40,546 nt of DNA, from positions 1-40,546 of IMG/VR virus record IMGVR_UViG_3300043036_000115; one strand, written 5' to 3'. This document shows positions 34,914 through 40,546 of the stretch, piece after piece. Position 1 is the first letter of the stretch. Every line of letters starts with the position of its first letter. A program made the translations under genes and the position numbers. A model generated the notes under the pieces. The model searched no databases. It worked only from the letters and a program-made list of their open reading frames with translations, and was not told the DNA's origin. The DNA is from a virus (taxonomy: Duplodnaviria > Caudoviricetes).

Positions 34914-35981
34914 ATGGCACAAGCAATTGGTAATCTGGCCGTTGAGTCTAAAGTTAAGTTTGGAAATTATCAGGTTGAATCAGAACCGGCAGCACCGATT
35001 ATCTGGAAGATCCCGGATAAAAACCACAGCGGGTATCCAGCAAACAGCGTAACATTATTTGCAGAAAGCATAATCGACTTAAGGGGGTTCGACGCAAAAG
35101 AGCCAACAAATGCGGACGCGAATAGGCAGACTTCGGGTAATAACCGGTATTCACTTTCTAACATCGATCAATGGCTAAACGATAGCGGGGATTCGTGGTG
35201 GGCGGCAACGCATGCTTACGATGCTACGCCGAACGATGCTGGAATGTCACAGCCGACTGGATATAATGACAAGCAGGGGTTTGAAAGCTATTTCACCGCA
35301 GATGAACTGGCGGCGGTATTGAGCACAACGATTCGAATTGCAAAAAACACAGCCACGGACGGCGGGAGCTATGAGGACATTGTCCGGAAGTTTTTCCCGC
35401 CGTCGACAACAGAATTAAATCTTGCAAATGAAAATAACATCGCCGAGGGGGTCGTTCTGGCAGCATTCGCCGGAGCAACTGACACCACCCGACTTGCTTA
35501 CCCAACCCAGGCATTAGTGACAAATACCCTAAGTGCCAGTAAGCCAGCTTCGGTTGCGGATCCGTGGCACTATTGGTTAAGAACTCCGTACTCGACCTTT
35601 TCCTATCCCGTCCGGATCGTGCATTCGTCCGGCGCACTGAGCAATGCGAGTGCTTATGGTGGGTATTTTGGCGTTCGCCCGCTTTGCAATCTGTCATCTG
35701 ATATCTTGGTATCTGACACGGTCGATGCAGATGGGTGCTACCAAACAATTTTTACCACGCCGCACGTAATAACCATGGATAAGCCAATTACTCTGGCAGC
35801 GGGTACAGATCTGACTAAATTAAAGTTTGCCCCACAGATCAACGCGGCAGATATGACACTAAAAGAAGTAGATGCCGAAAAACAGATCTTTGAAAAAACA
35901 AACGTAAGCGGGACGGAAGTGACTCTTAAAATTGCCGGAACCGATGCGAAAATTGATAAATTGGCTTACACAGTAAGCTAG
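34914..35981 (+). CDS. Putative receptor-binding protein, DUF6273/C-type-lectin-fold (DGR-target-like)
   Basis: FDAKEP.N....R...GNNRY..SNI.QWLN; F.PS.TE; YWLRTP......VR.V.S.G.L...A..G..GVRPLCNL. Confidence 0.8.
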   Translation: MAQAIGNLAVESKVKFGNYQVESEPAAPIIWKIPDKNHSGYPANSVTLFAESIIDLRGFDAKEPTNADANRQTSGNNRYSLSNIDQWLNDSGDSWWAATHAYDATPNDAGMSQPTGYNDKQGFESYFTADELAAVLSTTIRIAKNTATDGGSYEDIVRKFFPPSTTELNLANENNIAEGVVLAAFAGATDTTRLAYPTQALVTNTLSASKPASVADPWHYWLRTPYSTFSYPVRIVHSSGALSNASAYGGYFGVRPLCNLSSDILVSDTVDADGCYQTIFTTPHVITMDKPITLAAGTDLTKLKFAPQINAADMTLKEVDAEKQIFEKTNVSGTEVTLKIAGTDAKIDKLAYTVS

Positions 35982-35993
35982 AAAGGTTGAATC

Positions 35994-36182
35994 ATGGGAG
36001 TTTTTATAAACAATAAGATCATCGTTGAAAAAAAAGAAAAAGAGCAAACAAAAAATGAAAATGCGGAATTGCTGTTTAAGCAAGCGATGAGTGAAATGGA
36101 AATTGAAGGATTAAAATCAGAAAATTCTGATTTGATGGTGCGGGTAGCACTTTTAGAAATGGGAGGAATAACAAATGCATAG
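35994..36182 (+). CDS. Small coiled-coil tail-associated protein
   Basis: GAAAGG RBS; typical position before an XkdX-like gene. Confidence 0.7.
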   Translation: MGVFINNKIIVEKKEKEQTKNENAELLFKQAMSEMEIEGLKSENSDLMVRVALLEMGGITNA

Positions 36183-36318
36183 CAGAATGTTTAATAGTAT
36201 TAAAAGATATTACGATGAAGGCCGTTACACAAAAGATCAGGTGAAAATATTCGTAAGGGCTAAATGGATTACATCCGACGAATACAAGGAAATCACCGGC
36301 GACGATTACGTGGCGTAG
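36175..36318 (+). CDS. XkdX-family protein (not in ORF track)
   Basis: F..IKRYYD.G.YTK.QV..FV....IT..EY.EITG..Y; GGAGG RBS. Confidence 0.85.
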   Translation: MHSRMFNSIKRYYDEGRYTKDQVKIFVRAKWITSDEYKEITGDDYVA

Positions 36319-36324
36319 ACAACC

Positions 36325-36343
36325 GGGGGAGCAATCCCCCTTT
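36325..36343 (+). terminator. GNRA-capped hairpin / weak terminator
   Basis: GGGGGA-GCAA-TCCCCC then TTT. Confidence 0.6.
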
Positions 36344-36364
36344 ATTCACATCTAAGGGGGAAAC

Positions 36365-36652
36365 ATGGACGAACGCAGAAACGACTGCATTGATTGCGTA
36401 CAAGCCAAAGCATTAAGCGAACGCATGGACAGATTAAGCGAAAAAGTGACAAAGTTCGAGGATGGATTCGATTTCCGGATCCAGACACTAGAAAAGCAGG
36501 TAGCGGTGTCGGATGAAAAGTTTAAACAGATATTTGAGAAACTAGATAAGATTATTCTAATACTAGATAAGCAGGCCGACAGAATCCCAAATTTTGTTTG
36601 GGGCGTGGCTGGCGCTATTGTGTCTGGGGTATTTATGTGGCTGATAAAATAA
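36365..36652 (+). CDS. XhlA-like lysis accessory membrane protein
   Basis: Coiled-coil followed by a C-terminal transmembrane helix; first gene of the lysis cassette. Confidence 0.65.
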   Translation: MDERRNDCIDCVQAKALSERMDRLSEKVTKFEDGFDFRIQTLEKQVAVSDEKFKQIFEKLDKIILILDKQADRIPNFVWGVAGAIVSGVFMWLIK

Positions 36653-36912
36653 AAAAGTACGGTAAATGTATTGTTATTTTATCCATATCGGCTATTTTAA
36701 CGGCTTTGATACTTTTCTTGATATTCTATAAGCCACCACTTAAAAACGCTTGTATCGACGATTTGAAAGATGTTGACGGTATCGGTGTTTATAAGGCTGG
36801 TGCGATTGTCGAGTTTGTCACCTACAATCAGGATGCAGAACCAGAAGATTTGGACGTTATCGACGGTATCGGAGAGAAAACAATCGAAAAAGTAAAGGAG
36901 AAATACAGATGA
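36637..36912 (+). CDS. Membrane-anchored helix-hairpin-helix (ComEA-like) protein (start uncertain)
   Basis: N-terminal hydrophobic helix; NA..DDL..VDGIG..KA..IV and EDL..IDGIGEKT.EK.K. Confidence 0.8.
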   Translation: MADKIKKYGKCIVILSISAILTALILFLIFYKPPLKNACIDDLKDVDGIGVYKAGAIVEFVTYNQDAEPEDLDVIDGIGEKTIEKVKEKYR

Positions 36913-37139
36913 AAATAGAATCAGGAACAATAATCAGAACGACTGTATTGGCTGTATCATTGATAAACCTTGCATTAACATCATCAGGGCATAGCGTTTT
37001 ACCATTTAGCGATGAACAGATTGCAAGTGTTTTTGCTGATGGGTTCGTCGCTATTTCAGCAATGGTATCATGGTGGAAAAACAATTCGTTTACGAAAAAA
37101 GCTATTGAAGCTGACAAAGTGCTGAAAGAGAGCAAGTAA
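36909..37139 (+). CDS. Holin (SPP1 family)
   Basis: GTIIRT..LA..LIN..L...G.S.LP...WWKNNSFTK.AI.AD. Confidence 0.92.
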   Translation: MKIESGTIIRTTVLAVSLINLALTSSGHSVLPFSDEQIASVFADGFVAISAMVSWWKNNSFTKKAIEADKVLKESK

Positions 37140-38036
37140 ATGTTAGGCGTTGAATATCAAGTACATGTCGATGGTTACGGCTGGACAGGGTGGAAGAAAA
37201 ACGGACAAGTAGCTGGTACAACTGGTGAATCACGACGGGTTGAAGCTATTCGATGGCGATTGATTGACAAGCCAGAAAATGAAGAAGTATTTTTACATGG
37301 TAATGCTCATGTGGAAAATATTGGCTGGCTTGGGTTCGTTACGGAAATGGTAGTTTGCGGAACAACCGGAGAAGCCAGAAAGCTTGAAGCGTTGCAATTT
37401 CAATTAGTTGGCAAAGATTCTGATAATTATAGTATTAATTTCCGTTCACACTCACAGGATCTGGGCACACAAAATTGGGCTAAAGATGGTGAATTATCAG
37501 GGTCAGAAGGTGCAGGATTGCGAATTGAAGCGGTTCAAATGCTTGTAACGGATAAAAGTGTGGACTTATCACTGCAGGACGTTCCGTCATTTAAGCACTT
37601 TGACCCGATACCAGTGGTTATTCCCCCAGAAGCCAATGAAGATAAAGCAAGCGATCATTTTGCATGGATTGAATACGCTTGTGATTGTATCAGACCACAA
37701 TATAATTTCGGCTGGTGCGACGGTTACCCAGATACCGCATACGGTGATAAATCAATGTCACCGGAACTATTGCAAAAAATCGAACAATTACGGGTGAATA
37801 TCGGTGTACCCATTACCATTACTAGCGGCATCCGTTGTCCGTCGTGTAATAGTTATTGGGGCGGTGCTAGTGATTCATTGCACATGGACGGTGAAGCGGC
37901 TGACCTTGTTTGCCCGTCGTTATCGGTTGATGAATTAGCAGAAGCGGCGCAGGCGGTAGGCTTAGGCGTTATAAAATACTATTCAAGTGGATTTGTTCAC
38001 GTACAGACATGGCCTAGAAATACAGTAGGCGATTAA
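37140..38036 (+). CDS. Endolysin: three ChW repeats plus peptidase M15-like domain
   Basis: ChW repeats; HF...E.AC...LL..IE.LR...G.PI.ITSG.RC...N...GGA..S.H..GEAAD...FVH; follows the holin. Confidence 0.88.
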   Translation: MLGVEYQVHVDGYGWTGWKKNGQVAGTTGESRRVEAIRWRLIDKPENEEVFLHGNAHVENIGWLGFVTEMVVCGTTGEARKLEALQFQLVGKDSDNYSINFRSHSQDLGTQNWAKDGELSGSEGAGLRIEAVQMLVTDKSVDLSLQDVPSFKHFDPIPVVIPPEANEDKASDHFAWIEYACDCIRPQYNFGWCDGYPDTAYGDKSMSPELLQKIEQLRVNIGVPITITSGIRCPSCNSYWGGASDSLHMDGEAADLVCPSLSVDELAEAAQAVGLGVIKYYSSGFVHVQTWPRNTVGD

Positions 38037-38074
38037 CCAGAAAAGTTGCCCAACCTTACGGCTATCGGGGACGG

Positions 38075-38102
38075 GAACCATCTTAACGGGTGGTTCTTTT
38101 TT
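38075..38102 (+). terminator. Rho-independent terminator ending the late operon
   Basis: GAACCATC...GGTGGTTC followed by T6. Confidence 0.85.
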
Positions 38103-38103
38103 A

Positions 38104-38132
38104 TTGCTTATTATTTATTTATATGTTATAAT
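38104..38132 (+). promoter_or_regulatory. Sigma-A promoter
   Basis: TTGCTT(38104)-17-TATAAT(38127) with extended TG. Confidence 0.8.
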
Positions 38133-38163
38133 GTTATTAAACAAATAAAAGGAGTTGATAAAA

Positions 38164-38304
38164 ATGGAAACAATGAAAAAGATGATTACAATTACAAAGG
38201 ATCTGAATAAACGATTAAAAGTTTATGCAGCACTAGAAGAAATTTCGGTACAGGATTTAATGATTATGATTCTAGACAAATTTTTACAGGAAAGAGGATA
38301 TTAA
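38164..38304 (+). CDS. Arc-like ribbon-helix-helix protein (46 aa, not in ORF track)
   Basis: AAGGAG RBS; KKMITITKDLNKRLKVYAA.EEISVQDLM..IL.KFL RHH pattern. Confidence 0.75.
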   Translation: METMKKMITITKDLNKRLKVYAALEEISVQDLMIMILDKFLQERGY

Positions 38305-38305
38305 T

Positions 38306-39022
38306 ATGAATGAATTAAAAGTATTTGAAAATGTTGAATTTGGGAATGTTAGAGTTATTGAAAAAGATGGTGTTTTATGGTTCGTTGGTAAAGATGTTGC
38401 CGATGCATTGGGCTATCAAAACACAAGAGATGCTATATCAACCCATGTAGATTCAGACGATAAAGCTGAGGTCGCTATTCACGACGGCAGCCAAAATAGA
38501 AAAATGACCGTCATTAATGAATCTGGACTTTACTCCATGATAGTATCAAGCAGATTGCCAGCAGCAAAACAGTTTAAAAGATGGGTAACATCTGAGGTAT
38601 TGCCATCTATAAGAAAAAACGGCATTTACGCAACAGAAGTAACGGTCGAAAAAATGTTAAGCGATCCAGATTTTGCTATCGAATTGCTGACCACGCTAAA
38701 AGAAGAACGTGCAAAACGATTGGAAGTCGAAAAAACTAATACAATCTTAATGCACGTTACAAAGAATTACACAGCTACCGAAATAGCCAAAGAGTTAGGT
38801 TTTAAATCAGCAACCGAACTCAATAAGATTTTATCACAAATGAAAGTCCAGTACAAACAGAATGAAACATGGGTATTGTATAGCAAGTATGCAGACCGTG
38901 GCTATACGGATATCAAACAACAGGTACTTGACAGCGGTAAAGTCGTTTATGACCGTAAATGGACGCAATTAGGCCGTAAATTCTTACTTGAATTGTTTAG
39001 CGAACAAACGGCACTTGATTAA
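38306..39022 (+). CDS. Antirepressor (BRO-N plus KilA-C/ANT)
   Basis: F.N.EFG.VR....WFVGKDVA..LGY...INESGLYS....S.LP.AK.FKRWVT.EVLPSIRK.G.Y; T.IAK.LG..SA..LN..L...KWTQ.GR.F. Confidence 0.93.
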   Translation: MNELKVFENVEFGNVRVIEKDGVLWFVGKDVADALGYQNTRDAISTHVDSDDKAEVAIHDGSQNRKMTVINESGLYSMIVSSRLPAAKQFKRWVTSEVLPSIRKNGIYATEVTVEKMLSDPDFAIELLTTLKEERAKRLEVEKTNTILMHVTKNYTATEIAKELGFKSATELNKILSQMKVQYKQNETWVLYSKYADRGYTDIKQQVLDSGKVVYDRKWTQLGRKFLLELFSEQTALD

Positions 39023-39043
39023 TGCATAAACATAGTGTATAAT
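39015..39043 (+). promoter_or_regulatory. Sigma-A promoter for a short non-coding transcript
   Basis: TTGATT(39015)-17-TATAAT(39038). Confidence 0.75.
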
Positions 39044-39049
39044 AAACCT

Positions 39050-39131
39050 ACCAACACATTCACAACCTTTCAAAGTTTTCATTTTTAACCTACCTTCACG
39101 AATTGCACTCCTTAAAACGGGGTGCTTTTTT
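39050..39131 (+). ncRNA. Putative ~80-nt sRNA with two anti-SD/anti-AUG modules
   Basis: Bounded by the promoter and an intrinsic terminator; no + strand ORF; C/U-rich; CATTCACAACCTTTC and CATTTTTAACCTACCTTC are reverse complements of RBS+ATG regions. Confidence 0.6.
39105..39131 (+). terminator. Rho-independent terminator
   Basis: GCACTCC-TTAAAAC-GGGGTGC followed by T6. Confidence 0.85.
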
Positions 39132-39168
39132 ACGTTCTAAATTAATTAATATTATTTTATATAACCTG

Positions 39169-39197
39169 TTGACTTATTTAAATAGACGTGCTATAAT
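39169..39197 (+). promoter_or_regulatory. Sigma-A early promoter
   Basis: TTGACT(39169)-17-TATAAT(39192), extended TG; third member of the conserved promoter family. Confidence 0.85.
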
Positions 39198-39240
39198 AAG
39201 ACCATAGAAACAAACAAATACAAATTTGAAGGAGTTAAAA

Positions 39241-39471
39241 ATGAAAGCAAAATTTAATGTTAAACCAAAGCACAGTGATTACGACTTAAACAAAATATTT
39301 ACTTATGGTGTTGAATATGATGTTTTAGCAGATTACAGAAATCGACAAAGCGGTCAAGCGATTAGAGACAACGGGCTTGTTGTTGTTGATAATCAAGGTA
39401 CTGAAAGAATGGTTTTCCTAGACGAATTTAAAATAATAGACGACGGTAAACAATGTTTTACTTTTAACTAA
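39241..39471 (+). CDS. Hypothetical early protein
   Basis: AAGGAG RBS before ATG 39241. Confidence 0.75.
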   Translation: MKAKFNVKPKHSDYDLNKIFTYGVEYDVLADYRNRQSGQAIRDNGLVVVDNQGTERMVFLDEFKIIDDGKQCFTFN

Positions 39472-39522
39472 AAACTACAACCCGAGCCGGGGCGGTAACC
39501 CCCGGCAGAAAGTAGGGATAAG

Positions 39523-39714
39523 ATGAGATTATCGCAAACAAAAGAATATAAAGAACTTTTAACGACACTGGCACACGTTGGAAATAAAGATTTAGAGGGA
39601 TTAATTGAAGAAGTTTTATACGAAGTAATTTCAGAAGCTGAAAAAAGAGCATGGGGCATTGGTTATGCTTCAGGATGTGAAAAAGGCTATCAAGCCGGAA
39701 AGAGTGGAAAATGA
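39523..39714 (+). CDS. Hypothetical protein
   Basis: ORF with C-terminal GY..G...GY..G repeat. Confidence 0.7.
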   Translation: MRLSQTKEYKELLTTLAHVGNKDLEGLIEEVLYEVISEAEKRAWGIGYASGCEKGYQAGKSGK

Positions 39715-39890
39715 TGAAAGTTAAAAAGTTAATCGAATGGTTGAGTAAATGCGATCCAGAACACGAAGTTTATTTGCACGATAATTTATCTAGTGATGAT
39801 TTTTACATTTTGTCAATGATGCAAAATGTTGAAGAGAAAGAAGTGTTTTTATCATTTAATTGTTTTGAAGGAGAGAATGAAGATGCGTAA
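39711..39890 (+). CDS. Hypothetical protein (59 aa, not in ORF track)
   Basis: ATGA overlap; MKVKKLIEWLSKCDPE.EV N-terminus common in phage proteins. Confidence 0.7.
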   Translation: MMKVKKLIEWLSKCDPEHEVYLHDNLSSDDFYILSMMQNVEEKEVFLSFNCFEGENEDA

Positions 39891-40053
39891 AGAAGTAGAA
39901 ATGTTAATGGCTGAATTGTTAGGGATGAAAAAAGTGTTAGACCCAAAGGCCAGCACGTTCCCATACAAAAACAGAGAGTTTTACCAGGGCGAAATCGTTG
40001 ATAGTGTAATCGAACGTTTAGACGAAATATTGGAGGATCGTTTATCATGTTAG
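39883..40053 (+). CDS. Hypothetical protein
   Basis: AAGGAG RBS; overlapping gene chain. Confidence 0.6.
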   Translation: MRKEVEMLMAELLGMKKVLDPKASTFPYKNREFYQGEIVDSVIERLDEILEDRLSC

Positions 40054-40208
40054 AGACTAAAAGCAAGCCGACAAACGACAACCGACTGTATAAATTGCAA
40101 GAATGCGGCGACAGTTTGGATTATAAGAAGATGGTTGACAAATGGCGGCGTTATAACGGGCTAGAACCGCTATACGGCGTGGAAAAAGAAAAACAGGAGG
40201 TATTATAA
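40047..40208 (+). CDS. Hypothetical protein (53 aa, not in ORF track)
   Basis: GGAGG RBS. Confidence 0.6.
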   Translation: MLETKSKPTNDNRLYKLQECGDSLDYKKMVDKWRRYNGLEPLYGVEKEKQEVL

Positions 40209-40448
40209 GTGTTTAATTTTGGAAGGCTTATAGAGCAAAAATCATCAAGAACTGAAACATATGTTAAAACAATTTCAAATACTCAAACAAGTTTACTTGA
40301 TGATGAAATGGAGTTTCTTATCGCAGATGGTTATGAGTTAATCGGAGGGATAAGAACCGTTACTGAATGGGCTGTTGATTTCAGCGATAACGAAAAAAGA
40401 TTTGACGTTATCCATTATGCAACGTTTAAAAAGGTTATTCATGGTTAG
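40209..40448 (+). CDS. Hypothetical protein
   Basis: AGGAGG RBS, GTG start; GY.L.GG motif. Confidence 0.7.
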   Translation: MFNFGRLIEQKSSRTETYVKTISNTQTSLLDDEMEFLIADGYELIGGIRTVTEWAVDFSDNEKRFDVIHYATFKKVIHG

Positions 40449-40546
40449 AGTGTTACACCCCCTAGAAATGGGTGAAAACTACTTCCCGTGGTTGTTTGCA
40501 GATCACGGGAATTTGTTCGACAACATCGGGCAGGCAATTAATTTTA
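40389..40546. repeat. Terminal overlap, copy 2 (matches 1-158)
   Basis: 155 of 158 nt identical. Confidence 0.97.

Noticed and set aside
34914-36365. Complete diversity-generating retroelement
   Set aside because: By eye there is no template repeat, Avd or RT ORF in the window; only the target-like gene is reported.
4716-37797. Nested alternative-frame + strand ORFs 4716-4934, 33366-33590 and 37558-37797
   Set aside because: Each is fully inside a conserved gene, with no RBS or motif support.
38037-38074. Possible small ribozyme or riboswitch between lysin and terminator
   Set aside because: GC-rich, but I could not fit a convincing known fold or consensus.
466-40081. Minus-strand ORFs in the six-frame track (e.g. 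466-822, 10764-11189, 33803-34363, 35293-35748)
   Set aside because: They lie antisense to well-supported + strand genes and show no recognisable motifs; treated as shadow ORFs.
1-40546. tRNA, rRNA, integrase/attP, IS elements
   Set aside because: No cloverleaf with a T-arm consensus, recombinase motif or transposase was recognised; tRNAscan and HMM searches would confirm.

Overview
The window looks like an essentially complete tailed-phage genome: circular unit about 40,388 bp, with the first 158 nt repeated at 40389-40546. The host is probably a clostridial Firmicute (sigma-A promoters, strong SD sites, ChW repeats, Prp-type NLQLF/A motif). Every credible gene is on the + strand. Gene order: early/recombination (Gp157, Sak/Rad52-like, SSB), replication (initiator with iterons, loader, primase-helicase), many small accessory ORFs, packaging, head, contractile tail/baseplate, lysis, and an Arc-like + BRO antirepressor pair. 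I found no integrase, CI-type repressor, tRNA or reverse transcriptase. Most notable: (1) the large terminase is fractured by a naturally split intein, with a free-standing, self-promoted HNH endonuclease gene between the halves; (2) the major capsid gene is split by a 1,237-nt group I intron encoding a Zn-finger/Vsr-like endonuclease; (3) a promoter- and terminator-bounded ~80-nt non-coding unit at 39050-39131 carries two tandem anti-(SD+AUG) modules complementary to phage translation starts; (4) a DGR-type target (receptor-binding) gene has a VR-like segment but no TR or RT in the genome; (5) a mini winged-HTH gene is followed by three palindromic repeats just upstream of terS; (6) a probable +1 tail-chaperone frameshift. 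Family assignments come from motifs recognised by eye, not from database searches.
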